DNA of 64,000 bases from an uncultured Phycisphaerales bacterium (GCA_963755915.1 CAVWLP010000002.1:2208001-2272000); one strand, 5' to 3'. Counted from the first letter of the stretch, positions 18,651 to 29,123 are shown. Notes: a model not told the origin generated them from the letters alone. Made by a program: numbers and translations.

Positions 18651-20756
18651 ATGAAACGACAAAAAGACGCTGGTAAACATGGGCGACATAATCCAAAACT
18701 GCTTTTGCAGTTGATCTGTCTGCTTCTGGCCGCGCCAAAAACCTGGGCGGCGCCTGTGACGCGGCCCTCCAACGAGGCGTTGCCCGCATCGCGGCCGTCT
18801 TTCGTGTCCGGGTCAGAGGTTGACGCCTCTACGTCCAATCTAACTTCGCTCAGCCTCGAAGACCTGATGAGCGTTCCCGTCACGACGGTGACCAAGACTC
18901 CCGAGCGCATTGCCGATGCTCCGGCCGCAGTGACCGTTATCTCGCAGGAAGATATCCAGCGCAGCGGCTTGGATGAAATACCCGAAATCCTGCGCCTTTC
19001 GCCGGGACTTTTCGTTCAGCGGGGAGATCAGATCACCGGATGGAGCGTCGCCGCACGCGGATTTGGAGATGTCTTCGACAACAAGCTCCTCGTCCTCGAC
19101 GACGGGATAAGCATTTATACACCGCATTTTGGGGGTGTTTATTGGAATCTGGTGGATTACCCGATTCCGGATCTGGACCGGATAGAAGTCATCCGCGGCC
19201 CCGGCGCAACCCTTTGGGGATCAAACGCGGTGGATGGTGTGATCAATATCATCTCCAAGCCGGCCGACCAGACCCAGGGACTTATGGTTGATTCCCGATT
19301 AGGCAGCGATACCTCCGATCTGGCAGTTCGCTACGGCGGGCAACTCGGTTCCAACACCTATTTCCGCGTTTTCGCCAAGGGTCGCGATTTTGGCAATGAC
19401 GACGTTCCCGGCGGCTGGTCGGCGGCGGATCGCTTCGATTCGTCGATGGGGGGCCTTCGCCTGGATAACTACGCAACTGACAAAGATACCGTGACCTTTC
19501 AAAGCGGCATGAGTTATGAAAACATAACCGATACCCAATCCTTCGGACAACCGATCCCCGGCTATGTGCACGACTATCAAAGCGAAGGAAACGCCCTTGC
19601 CCGCTGGACGCACGTGGATTCCGACACTTCCGATTTCGCATTGCAGGCCTATTACGACCGCACCGAACATCGCGACTCGTTCGTCGGCGACATCATGGAC
19701 ACCGGCGACATCGATTTCCACGACCGCTTTCAGCTCTGGCAGGGGAATGAACTCATGTGGGGCACGGGCGCCCGGCTTCAGAAGGACGATGTCAGCTCGT
19801 TTTTCCTGCCCGTGCCGATCGTCCAGCCTCCTTCGAAGGAATATTACCTCTTCAACGTCTTTGTGCAGGATACGCTCACAATTGTTCCCGATAAGCTGAA
19901 CCTGTTTATCGGTTCAAAGTTCGAATACGACTATTTCACGCGCTTCAACTATCAGCCGAGCATTCGGCTGCTGTGGACTCCGACGGCGAAAACATCTGTT
20001 TGGGGCGCCGTTTCGCGGGCCGTTCGGGTTCCTGACCGGCAGACGGAAGACTATGACTTGATCCTGCCGGTATCGTCGGGACCGCCCGAAACGGTCCTCA
20101 ACTCGATCGGGGGCGGGCCCGGCTTGCAAAACGAGGAGGAAATCTCCTACGAAATAGGTCTGCGCCACAGTTTTACCAAGACGTTTTCCGCGGACATCAC
20201 GGCATTCGCGAACGAGTACCGCGATCTGATCGCACTGGTCAATGAGCAGCCGTATTTCCTTGACGGAGTGCTGGTCATTCCGAGCATGAACGTCAACGCC
20301 CAGTCTGCGCAAACGTATGGCACCGAACTGGCGCTTAATTGGCAGGTAAATCCGCAATGGCGGCTGTCGGGATCGTACAGCTTGCTCGAACAGTACGTGC
20401 AGGGCCTGCCAACGGTCAGTTTAAACCCGGGAACCTACTTCCCGAACACCTACCCCAAGAATCAGTTTCAAATTCATTCATACATGGATTTAATGAAGAA
20501 CCTCCAGTTCAACTCGAGCCTCTACTATGTGGATGCGATCGGCCCCGGCGCAATTGTGACGCCGAATCAATTCTACGGAGTCGGCAGCTATGCAAGGCTT
20601 GATCTATCGCTGGTCTGGATGCCCAGGCCGGACCTTAGAGTGGCACTGGGCGTTCAAAATGCGCTGGACCCCCAGCACCAGGAAACCAATTCGGGGGAAG
20701 GATCCAACGCCGTTGTCAATCGTGCGGTGTATGCCCAGGTTACGTGGTCGTATTGA
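18651..20756 (+). CDS. TonB-dependent receptor
   Basis: Signal peptide, LSLEDLM, plug motif RIEVIRGPGATLWGSNAVDGVINII, C-terminal aromatic beta strand. Confidence 0.92.
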   Translation: MKRQKDAGKHGRHNPKLLLQLICLLLAAPKTWAAPVTRPSNEALPASRPSFVSGSEVDASTSNLTSLSLEDLMSVPVTTVTKTPERIADAPAAVTVISQEDIQRSGLDEIPEILRLSPGLFVQRGDQITGWSVAARGFGDVFDNKLLVLDDGISIYTPHFGGVYWNLVDYPIPDLDRIEVIRGPGATLWGSNAVDGVINIISKPADQTQGLMVDSRLGSDTSDLAVRYGGQLGSNTYFRVFAKGRDFGNDDVPGGWSAADRFDSSMGGLRLDNYATDKDTVTFQSGMSYENITDTQSFGQPIPGYVHDYQSEGNALARWTHVDSDTSDFALQAYYDRTEHRDSFVGDIMDTGDIDFHDRFQLWQGNELMWGTGARLQKDDVSSFFLPVPIVQPPSKEYYLFNVFVQDTLTIVPDKLNLFIGSKFEYDYFTRFNYQPSIRLLWTPTAKTSVWGAVSRAVRVPDRQTEDYDLILPVSSGPPETVLNSIGGGPGLQNEEEISYEIGLRHSFTKTFSADITAFANEYRDLIALVNEQPYFLDGVLVIPSMNVNAQSAQTYGTELALNWQVNPQWRLSGSYSLLEQYVQGLPTVSLNPGTYFPNTYPKNQFQIHSYMDLMKNLQFNSSLYYVDAIGPGAIVTPNQFYGVGSYARLDLSLVWMPRPDLRVALGVQNALDPQHQETNSGEGSNAVVNRAVYAQVTWSY

Positions 20757-20848
20757 GCTGTTGCAGGTATGAGGGGCTTCTTCGCACAATTGCCAGCCGC
20801 GCCCGGACGATGATAGAATATGGCTCTTAACGAGGCGAACCATTACAA

Positions 20849-21081
20849 ATGACCTCAACATTATCAAAGGGACGGTTCACGGGAAATCCATCGAATTGGA
20901 AAGGGAATCGGGCTTTCCCGATGGGCAGCAAGTCTCTGTAGCACTGTTCGCCTCGCCACCGGCCGGTGAAGGGATGCGGCAGGCCTTTGGGTCGTGGGCC
21001 GACGACGCGGCCGAGTTGGAATCATTTCTTTCTCGGATTCGCGAGGATCGAAAACTACAACGTGGCACACCGGGCCTGTGA
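20849..21081 (+). CDS. Putative VapB-like antitoxin (start/frame uncertain)
   Basis: IIKGTVHGKSIEL...AFGSWAD; stop overlaps the PIN gene start (GTGA). Confidence 0.6.
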
Positions 21082-21471
21082 ACTTTCTACTGGACACCAA
21101 TATCTGCTCAGCCTATTTGAGGGGCGATGGCCGGGTTTTCAATCGCTTTATACAACACGCCGGAGGACTAGCGGTTTCGGCGATCGTTGTTGCTGAATTG
21201 TATTCCTGGGTGTTCCGCGCAAGACTCGACCAGATCGATTGCAGGGATTGGAATCGCTACTCTCGGAACTCCACTTTTTGCCCGTGGACCTTCAGGTGGC
21301 TCGGAAATTTGGAGAACTCCGCCGATGTTGCTGGATCAGGGCCAACCGACCCCCGAAATCGATCTGCTCATCGCGAGCACAGCGCTCGTCTATGACCTAA
21401 CCATGATTACCCACAACGTCTCGGATTTCGCGCGTGTTCCGGGTCTGAAACTTGATGACTGGATACGATGA
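21078..21471 (+). CDS. vapC: PIN-domain VapC toxin with two apparent frameshifts (near 21220 and 21322)
   Basis: FLLDTNICS, VVAEL, DLLIASTA...ITHNVSDFARVPGL. Confidence 0.85.
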
Positions 21472-21497
21472 AGCAACTGCTGCCGGGCGACTGAGGC

Positions 21498-22552
21498 CTA
21501 TTTCCCCTTCACCGCATCTCGCGACGCTTCCCCGCTCGTTTTCCGGCGGTGCTTTTTGACGGCTATATCGATCGCTAGTTCGATCGCCGCCCGCATACTT
21601 CCCGGGTTCGCCCGATTGCGGCCGACGATATCGAAAGCGGTGCCGTGATCGGGGCTGGTGCGGATGATCGGCAAACCGAGGGTGATGTTGACCGCCTGGT
21701 CGAAGGCGAGAAGTTTCACGGGAATCAGGCCCTGATCGTGGTACATGGCGACGACGGCGTCGAAATGGCCGTCGCGGGCTTTTAGGAAAATCGTGTCGGG
21801 GGGATAGGGGCCGGTTACGTCGATGCCCTGATCACGGGCCATGAGGATGGCGGGGGAGATGATTCGTTCTTCTTCGTCGCCGAACTGGCCGTTTTCGCTG
21901 GCGTGGGGATTGAGGCCGCAGACGGCGATGCGCGGTTTGGGGATGTCGAACCATTCGACGAGGGCCTGGTGGACCAGCTCGATCGGCTGGAAGACGGCGC
22001 CGATATTCAGGCGGCCCCAGAGGCCCATCAGGGGCATGTGTACGGTGGCGAGGACCACTTTGAGAGGTCCGCCGGCGAACATCATTGCATAGCGGCGGGA
22101 GCCGGTGCGCTGGGCGAAAAGCTCGGTGTGGCCGGGGTAGTTATATCCGGCCAGCTTCCAGCTTTCCTTGGCGATGGGGGCGGTGACGACGGCGTCGACA
22201 GCTTGCGATTGGCGGCTTCGATGGCGTCGAGGCAGAAGCGCATCGAAGCTTCGCCGCCCATTTTGCTGGGGGCGCGGATGGCGGTGCCGAGCATTGAATA
22301 TTGGTCGTAATCGACGACGACGACATCATGCGGATAGTTTCGGAGGCGGCCGTTGAACTGGTCGCGCCACCAGAAGACGTCGAACTCGGCGATGTCGGCG
22401 GCGTAGTGGAGCAGCTCGTTCATGCCGTAGACGATGAAGTGGGCCTTGTGGCGCAGGACGGGGTCGGCCAGCGCTTTGACGATGACCTCCGGCCCGATTC
22501 CGGCGGGGTCGCCCATGGTGATGCCGATGGTGGGGCGGTAATCCATATCCAT
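21498..22552 (-). CDS. pdxA: 4-hydroxythreonine-4-phosphate dehydrogenase, frameshift near 22200
   Basis: TMGDPAGIGPE, GLNPHA, MYHDQGL, IRTSPDHGTAFDI. Confidence 0.92.
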
Positions 22553-22726
22553 TCCGGCAGTATTCTATCCGGCGGGTCCAATGGGACAGCAGATTTATCG
22601 GCTGAAAGAAGCTGGGGAATGCGACTTTTTGCGGGGTGGGCGGGGGGACCCACGGCGGCGCGGTTCGACTGGGCTCACCGAAGTCCGTGGGTGTTCCGGG
22701 AGTAAAGCGATCCATTACCGGGCGGA

Positions 22727-24382
22727 TCAGTGAATCCAGCGCATGTCGCCGAAATTGGGGATGAGGGAGATGCGGGTGCCAAAGAGGCGGTAACCGGCGG
22801 GCCAGTAGACGAAAACGGCTTTTCCGAGCATGAACTGCTCTGGAACGCGTCCCTCCTTCATTTCAAGACCCTCGTGGGGGAGGTCGATGGGGGCATCCCA
22901 ATATCGCGCATCCTTGCTAATGGCGGAGTTGTCGCCCATGGTGAAGAATTCACCTTTGCCGAGCTTAACCGGGTCGTCGGGGGTGGCGGAGTGGAGGGTC
23001 ATTCCGCCGCTGCGGTTGGTGTAATAGACGTCGCGCCAGAGGCCGACGTGATCGAGGGTGCATTGCTGGTGTTCGGCCTCGATGGTGGCCTCGCCGGCGC
23101 GGTGGCCGCGCGGATGGTTGTGATACTGGTCCATCAGCCAGGTGATGTTCGGAGCGTAAGCGAGCGGGGCGAAGGCGTCTTTGCCGTTGAGGCGAAGGGT
23201 GACGCGGTAGTCGACGTTTTCGAAGTCGATCATGATGGGCTGATTGGGGGAGATGCCGAGCTCGGCAAAAGTTTTGTGCTGGTCGGCGACTTCGAAATCG
23301 TTGGTTTGATGGATGAGGCGAACGCCGTCGGGTTCGATCTGGGCGGTGAAGGTGTGGGTGACATCGACGGTTTTCGTGAGCTGGAGGCGGAGGGCGCCGT
23401 CGCCACTTTGGCGTTGGTAGTAGGCGGTTAGTTTCAGGTCGGAGACGGGGTTGGCGTTTTCGTCGTCGTAGGATCCACCCGCGGGCTCGGGGCGGCGGGC
23501 GTAGGGGAGGCCGGCGGTGGAGTCGTAGACGAGGTAATCGGTGAGGGTTTGGGTGGTGCTGTTGGCGTTGGGATCGAAGCGGAGTATGCCGCTGCCGGTG
23601 GGGTTGTCGAATTTGAACTGGCGTCCGGAGGCGTCCCAGCCGCTGCCATCGGGTCGCCAGGGCTGGACCCATTTGAGTTGGCCGGGGCTGCGCTGGGTCA
23701 TGGTGGGATGGAAATCGTTGTCGTAGACGAGCCGCCAGAGGGCGTCCTGCGCCTCTTGGGTTTTCGGGGGGATTTCCCAGGCGCTGGTGGGGGTCGCCCT
23801 GATGTAGATATTTCCGTCGAGGACCATCAATTGCTCGCCGGGCAAGCCAACGAGGCGCTTGATGAAATTCTGTTCGTAATTGTATTGCTTGGGTTCATCG
23901 GGGCTTTTGAAGACGACGACGTCCCAGCGCTGGGGGGGGTGAAGGAGGTAGAGATATTTGAGGACGAGGATGCGGTCGCCGTAATTGACGGGTGTGGCGT
24001 CCTGCGGGTTGGTGATTTCGCCGAAGCTGTTGCGGCGTTCGTGCGAGGCGACGAGGTAGCCGCAATTGGGGCAATAGACGTCGAGCGGGGGGAAGGCCTC
24101 GGGAGGGGTGCGCATGTCCTCGTCTTCCTCTTCGGTGCGCGACTGGTAATTGACATCGAAGGTGTAGCCGCAGTCGGGGCAGACGTAGCGCATGTGAGCG
24201 CCGAGGAGGGTGGGGGCCATGGAGCCGGTGGGGATGACGAATGCCTCGACGACGAAGGCGCGGAAGATAAAGGCGAGGATGAAGGCGACGAGGATTGACT
24301 CGATCGTCTCTTTGACGTTGGTCTTATCCTCTTCGGAGGGTGGATTGAGGATGGTGGAGACGGGAGCGGCTGACTGGGTCAT
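22727..24382 (-). CDS. lepB: Signal peptidase I with Zn-ribbon and large insertions
   Basis: IPTGSMAPTL (Ser), FIKRLVGLPG (Lys), MGDNSAISKDARYW; CPDC/CPNC insert. Confidence 0.9.
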   Translation of the reverse strand: MTQSAAPVSTILNPPSEEDKTNVKETIESILVAFILAFIFRAFVVEAFVIPTGSMAPTLLGAHMRYVCPDCGYTFDVNYQSRTEEEDEDMRTPPEAFPPLDVYCPNCGYLVASHERRNSFGEITNPQDATPVNYGDRILVLKYLYLLHPPQRWDVVVFKSPDEPKQYNYEQNFIKRLVGLPGEQLMVLDGNIYIRATPTSAWEIPPKTQEAQDALWRLVYDNDFHPTMTQRSPGQLKWVQPWRPDGSGWDASGRQFKFDNPTGSGILRFDPNANSTTQTLTDYLVYDSTAGLPYARRPEPAGGSYDDENANPVSDLKLTAYYQRQSGDGALRLQLTKTVDVTHTFTAQIEPDGVRLIHQTNDFEVADQHKTFAELGISPNQPIMIDFENVDYRVTLRLNGKDAFAPLAYAPNITWLMDQYHNHPRGHRAGEATIEAEHQQCTLDHVGLWRDVYYTNRSGGMTLHSATPDDPVKLGKGEFFTMGDNSAISKDARYWDAPIDLPHEGLEMKEGRVPEQFMLGKAVFVYWPAGYRLFGTRISLIPNFGDMRWIH

Positions 24383-24435
24383 GGGTGGTTCAATGGTAAG
24401 CCATTCCCCCCGTCAAATGGAAGGACTTGCGGTGC

Positions 24436-24625
24436 TGGAGCGATTTGCACCCGACTGTAGCGTTCGCGCCGCCTTCGGCGGCCCTTCGGGTTGCGTTCCA
24501 AGGGGTCGTCTGCGGCGTCATCGCTCCATCCTGCGGAAGCTGCCTGCAGGAGGTTCGTCGCTCTTCCTTGCATCTGACCCCTTGGAACTCAACGCAAACG
24601 CTACAGTCGGATGCAAAACGCTCCA
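24436..24625. mobile_element. 190-bp foldback MITE-like element immediately 3' of tRNA-Leu
   Basis: Terminal arms TGGAGCG.TTTGCA.CCGACTGTAGCGTT inverted; inner GTTCCAAGGGGTC also inverted. Confidence 0.7.
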
Positions 24626-24626
24626 A

Positions 24627-24708
24627 TGCGGCTGAGAGGACTCGAACCTCCACGTCTTGCGACACAAGAACCTGAATCTTGCGCGTCTGCCAATTTCGCC
24701 ACAGCCGC
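24627..24708 (-). tRNA. tRNA-Leu (CAG)
   Basis: Acceptor stem GCGGCTG/CAGCCGC, anticodon arm CAAGA-TTCAGGT-TCTTG, long variable arm, GTTCGAGTC. Confidence 0.95.
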
Positions 24709-24829
24709 GGCGGTATTCCAAAGGGCCACAGGATAGCCATCCTGTGGCTTTCGTTGCGAGCGGAATCTTATGCCAGCCATCCCCCCCGTCAACACCCGTC
24801 CCGTCAAGACGATACAATGGAGGGGACTT

Positions 24830-25297
24830 ATGAAGGAGCATGACAGGGCCAATTTTTCGCCGAGAATCGCCAATCGGCGGGCGATGCATAATTATTTCAT
24901 TGAGGCGAAGATCGAATGCGGGATTTCGCTTCTGGGGAGCGAGGTGAAATCGCTGCGGCTGGGGCTGTGCCAGCTTGCGGAGTCGTTTGCGCGGATCGAG
25001 CGGGGGGAGTTGGTTTTGCATGGGTGCCATATCGACCCGTATCAAAATGCGGTGCTTGGGCATGAGCCGTTGCGGGAGCGGAAGCTGCTGGTGCATAAGC
25101 GCGAGCTGCACCGGCTGGAAGCGGAAACTCAGCAGAGCGGGACGACGCTGATTCCGCTGGCGATTTATTTCAAGGGGGGGCGGGCGAAGCTGGAGCTGGG
25201 GGTGGCCAGGGGGAAGCAGCGGCATGATAAGCGGGAATCGATTAAGAAGAAGGAGCAGGATCGGGAGTTGAGAAGGGCGATGACGAGGAGGCAGTAG
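24830..25297 (+). CDS. smpB: SsrA-binding protein
   Basis: IANRRA, GSEVKSLR, RKLLVHKRE, GKQRHDKRE. Confidence 0.95.
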   Translation: MKEHDRANFSPRIANRRAMHNYFIEAKIECGISLLGSEVKSLRLGLCQLAESFARIERGELVLHGCHIDPYQNAVLGHEPLRERKLLVHKRELHRLEAETQQSGTTLIPLAIYFKGGRAKLELGVARGKQRHDKRESIKKKEQDRELRRAMTRRQ

Positions 25298-25367
25298 GCT
25301 TGGCGGCGCGCTTCCCTGCATGAGCTGGCGCTACGCTTGGGGGGGCGCGGCTAAACGGCAGACGCGA

Positions 25368-26990
25368 TTATTGATTCAGACATCTGTCGATTCGTCGCAG
25401 GGATTTTTCTTTTCCCAAGAATCCCAGGGTTTCGAAAATTGGCGGGCTGATGCTGGTGCCGCTGACGGCGACGCGGATGGGTTGGGCGACTTTCCCCAAA
25501 CCGAGGCCGCTGGTCTCGCAGTATTTTTTTACGGCTTCTTCGATGGGGTGGGGGGTCCAGTCTGAAACGCCTTCGAGAACCGTGCGGACTTCCTTCAGGG
25601 CTTTCAGGCCCTGGCCCTCATTTTTCTTGAGCACTTTTTCAATGGCGTCGGGCTGATATTCGATCTGATCGTCAGCCATGAATAGAAACCGGCTCTTTTC
25701 CACGACTTCGCGCACGGTTCTCATGCCGGCGTTCATTTTCAAAACCCGCTGGAGCTGTTCATCGGTCGCCCCATTCATCGACGAAGTTGGCTGCAGGCTG
25801 AGCAAATCGCGCAGGGCGGCCAGGAGGCGATCTTCGGGGGCGGCGGCGCAGGCCTCGGTGTTGAAGGCGAGGAGTTTCTCGCGGTTGAATTTGGCGTTGG
25901 CCTGGCCGATGCGGTCGAGGGAGAAGAGCTCGACCATTTCCTTGACGCTCATCCGCTCTTTGTCGCCGCCGGGGCTCCAGCCTAGCAGGGCGAGGAAATT
26001 CAGCATGACTTCGGGGAGATAGCCGTTGGCGCGGAAATCGTGGATCAGAACTTCGGGGAGATCGCTTTCTTTGAGGCCGATGACGGGCATGACCTTTTCC
26101 TGCTCGGATGCTTCGAGCTGGCGGCCGTCATCTTCGAGCCACCAGGTGACGCGGTTTTCCAGGCCGGTCATGGCGGCGAGGTCTGGGGGCGTTTTTTTGG
26201 TGTTTTTCAGCCAGAGGTTTGCCTGATGGCGGATTTTTTTGTCGCGATCGCGCTTGCCCATTTTGCTGCCGTCGGTGTTGAGGATTACGGGGAGGTGGCC
26301 AAAGATCGGGCGGGAATATCCGAGGGCTTCCTGCAGGGCGATGTGATTGACTGTGTTGAGGAGGTGCTCCTGGCCGCGGAGGATGTGGGTGATTCCCATC
26401 TCGGCATCGTCGACCACCACGGCGAAGTGATAGGTTGGCATGCCGTCGGTTTTGCGAATGACGAAATCCTGGACCTGGCTGGCTGCCAGGACGATCTCTT
26501 TGCCGAGGACTACGTCGGCGAATCGGTATTCCTTTACCGGCATGGCAAATCGGACCACGGAGGCGCGGGCTTCGGATTCGAATTTTGAAATCTGTTCGGC
26601 CGACAAGTTGGGCCGCTTGTAGATATAGGCGCGTTTGGCGCGCTCGGCGATTTTGCGCTGGGCGTCGAGCTCGGCGGGGGTTTCGTATGCTTTGTAGGCC
26701 ATGCCGCGGGAGATCAGGTCGTCGATGAGGCGGTTGTAAATCTCCAGCCGCTTGGACTGGAACATTAGCTGTTGGTTGTCCCAGTTGAGGCCTAGCCAGC
26801 GGAGGTCTTCGAGGACGCTGGTGACGGATTGTTCGGTGCTTCTTGCCAGGTCGGTGTCTTCGATGCGGAGGAGGAATTGGCCACCGAAATGGCGGGCGAG
26901 GAGCCAACTGAAGAGGGCGGTGCGTGCGCCGCCTACGTGGAGGTAGCCTGTGGGTGAGGGAGCGAATCTTGTGATGACGTTGGAACTCAT
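25368..26990 (-). CDS. gltX: Glutamate--tRNA ligase
   Basis: RFAPSPTGYLHVGG, LRIEDTD, KMGKR (KMSKS variant). Confidence 0.95.
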   Translation of the reverse strand: MSSNVITRFAPSPTGYLHVGGARTALFSWLLARHFGGQFLLRIEDTDLARSTEQSVTSVLEDLRWLGLNWDNQQLMFQSKRLEIYNRLIDDLISRGMAYKAYETPAELDAQRKIAERAKRAYIYKRPNLSAEQISKFESEARASVVRFAMPVKEYRFADVVLGKEIVLAASQVQDFVIRKTDGMPTYHFAVVVDDAEMGITHILRGQEHLLNTVNHIALQEALGYSRPIFGHLPVILNTDGSKMGKRDRDKKIRHQANLWLKNTKKTPPDLAAMTGLENRVTWWLEDDGRQLEASEQEKVMPVIGLKESDLPEVLIHDFRANGYLPEVMLNFLALLGWSPGGDKERMSVKEMVELFSLDRIGQANAKFNREKLLAFNTEACAAAPEDRLLAALRDLLSLQPTSSMNGATDEQLQRVLKMNAGMRTVREVVEKSRFLFMADDQIEYQPDAIEKVLKKNEGQGLKALKEVRTVLEGVSDWTPHPIEEAVKKYCETSGLGLGKVAQPIRVAVSGTSISPPIFETLGFLGKEKSLRRIDRCLNQ

Positions 26991-27020
26991 TTTGAAAATC
27001 CGTGTCAATTGGTTGTTGGC

Positions 27021-27058
27021 CCCCTCCCTAGCCCTCCCCCGGAGTACCGGGGGCGGGG
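27021..27058 (+). repeat. REP-like element, same family as 13212
   Basis: CCCCTCCCTAGCCCTCCCCCGGAGTACCGGGGGCGGGG. Confidence 0.75.
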
Positions 27059-27078
27059 ATAAGAGGGGCGTGTCTTTG

Positions 27079-27974
27079 TCATTGTGGCAATTTTGGGGGC
27101 CGCATCCAGCGGCGGGTGCGGGCGGCGATCCATGCGCCGGGCCCGGAGGCGGCGTAGGTCAGGCTGCCGATGCCGATCACGTACTGGTGGGCGACGACCA
27201 TCAGCAGAACGACGCAGACGATGGCGATCAGGCGTCCGATGGGTCTTCGCCCGCGCAGATATCGATTTACCAGGTGGGGATAGCGGAGAAGGCTTACCAT
27301 GAGCAATCCGGTGCCGAGCACGACGAAAGGGAGGAGGACCAAGCAGGCCTGCGACAGGAGGGTGAATGATAATCGCGCTAGATCCTGCTGCATCAGAACC
27401 AGTCCCGCGACGGCGCCTGCGGCGCCGGGTGAGGGGAGTCCGAGGAAGCTGAAATGATGCTGCTCGCCGTGCTCGTTGCTGACGTTGAAGCGGGCGAGGC
27501 GGATGGCGGCGCAGCACATGTAGAGGGCGGCGATTGCCCAGACGAGTCGGGCCAGGGGCAGGTTCCAGTTGGGGCCTTCGACGTGAAAAAGGCGAAGGGC
27601 GACGAAGGCGGGGGCGAGGCCGAAGCTGACGACGTCGGCGAGGCTGTCGAGCTGTCCGCCGAAATCGGTGGTGTGGCGGGCGAATCTGGCGAGGCGTCCA
27701 TCGAGGGCATCGAAGGCCATGGCGAGGAAGATGAGATAGGCGGCGGCGCCGAAGCCGCGGGCGACGAAGAAGCTGCCAACGGGATCGCGCGGGAGGGGGC
27801 GCCGGGGGAGACCATAGTGGCGACATAAATTGCCGCGAAACCGCAGACGGCGTTGCCGAGGGTGGCGATGCTGGGGAGGAAATAGACGGAGCGGATGTAT
27901 GCCCTTCGGCCGTGGCGGCGCAAACGGAGGCGGCGCTGCTCGCGGGAGCGGCGGGGGCGGCGGGGTTTTTTCAT
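27079..27974 (-). CDS. pssA: CDP-diacylglycerol--serine O-phosphatidyltransferase, frameshift near 27800
   Basis: LPSIATLGNAVCG, then DALDGRLAR...GGQLDSLADVVSFG, RLARFN; adjacent to psd. Confidence 0.9.
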
Positions 27975-28666
27975 GCGGGCGTCTCCCGCGAAGTGAGCGG
28001 CTCATACTCCTCTCCCACCGCTTTGGACTCCGTGTGAATGGGATTCATCAGGACGGCGATGATATCCGAAGCCCCGCGGACGTTTTGGCCGATCTGCACC
28101 TGAATTTTTGGGTCGAGGAACTTGGCGATGGTTAATTCGGTTCGGCTGCCGAACTTGATCATGCCGATGCGGGCGCCGCGTTCGACGAATTCGTCTTTGG
28201 CGACGGTGCAGACGATCCGGCGGGCGATCATTCCGACGATCTGGCGGATGACGACGATGTTTTTTCCGCCGCGCGGCTCGGCGAGGACGATGGTGTTGGA
28301 TTCATTGGTGTTTGAAGCCTCGCCATGCCGCATGGCGTTGACGAATTTGCCTTTTTTGTAGGTGATGGAGACGACTTTTCCGTCGCAGGGACAGCGGTTG
28401 ACGTGGACGTTGAAGACGGAGAGGAAGATTCCGATGCGGACGGCGGGGCCGCCGATGAGGTCGTCGTGCTCCAGTTCGGTGATGTCGGAGACTTTTCCAT
28501 CGGCGGGGGAGACGACGGTGCGCTGCTCGGCGGGAATGGGGCGTTCGGGATCGCGGAAGAAGGCGAAGAGCCAGATCAGGACCGGGATAACGATCAGGGC
28601 CAGGGGCCAGACGGCCAGGCTGAGAGCCCAGGCGGTGACGGCCAAAACCATTGATCCAATAAGCAT
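27971..28666 (-). CDS. psd: Phosphatidylserine decarboxylase (true start may be near 28699)
   Basis: FFRDPER, SPADG, IFLSVFNVHVNR, KFGSRTE. Confidence 0.92.
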   Translation of the reverse strand: MLIGSMVLAVTAWALSLAVWPLALIVIPVLIWLFAFFRDPERPIPAEQRTVVSPADGKVSDITELEHDDLIGGPAVRIGIFLSVFNVHVNRCPCDGKVVSITYKKGKFVNAMRHGEASNTNESNTIVLAEPRGGKNIVVIRQIVGMIARRIVCTVAKDEFVERGARIGMIKFGSRTELTIAKFLDPKIQVQIGQNVRGASDIIAVLMNPIHTESKAVGEEYEPLTSRETPA

Positions 28667-28780
28667 TTCCCGCCAGCCGTGGCGCGTGAGTCGGAACAGA
28701 TTTTTAGAAGCTAGACCCGGCCTGTGGGGATGTCAACGAATGAATGTCGGGTGTGCGACCGGCAGTAATTGCCGGGTCGG

Positions 28781-28987
28781 TTACCGCTGCGCCAAGGGCG
28801 TCTGACCCTGGGGGATGGTGACGCTGGCGGGCTCCGCGCGCACGACGGCGGCGGGGTTGACGATGCCGCTGGATTCGTCGGGCAATTCCCTGGGGACCAG
28901 GGTCCAGCAGATCAGGCCGGCGGCGCCGATCCAGAGCGCGAAACAGAAGCCTACGATGATTCCCCGATCAAATGAGAAGAAATGCAT
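28781..28987 (-). CDS. Small membrane protein
   Basis: GGAGG upstream; one hydrophobic helix. Confidence 0.4.
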   Translation of the reverse strand: MHFFSFDRGIIVGFCFALWIGAAGLICWTLVPRELPDESSGIVNPAAVVRAEPASVTIPQGQTPLAQR

Positions 28988-29123
28988 GATCCGGACCTCC
29001 ATGTCCGAAAAGAACGACCGTTCATCCTTGAACGAACCGCAGCATACCACCGCGGAAAGCAGAATCAATGGCCCGGTTTTTATCGGGCGTGAAGGGCGTT
29101 TCTCAGCAACTAAAAACAACGTG

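Noticed and set aside
22727-24382. Intein or novel domain in the oversized lepB
   Set aside because: No intein terminal residues or homing-endonuclease motifs; long inserts are usual in planctomycete LepB
24720-25367. tmRNA next to smpB
   Set aside because: No GGGG..TGGA 5' end or second tRNA-like 3' end with a tag frame; only tRNA-Leu is present
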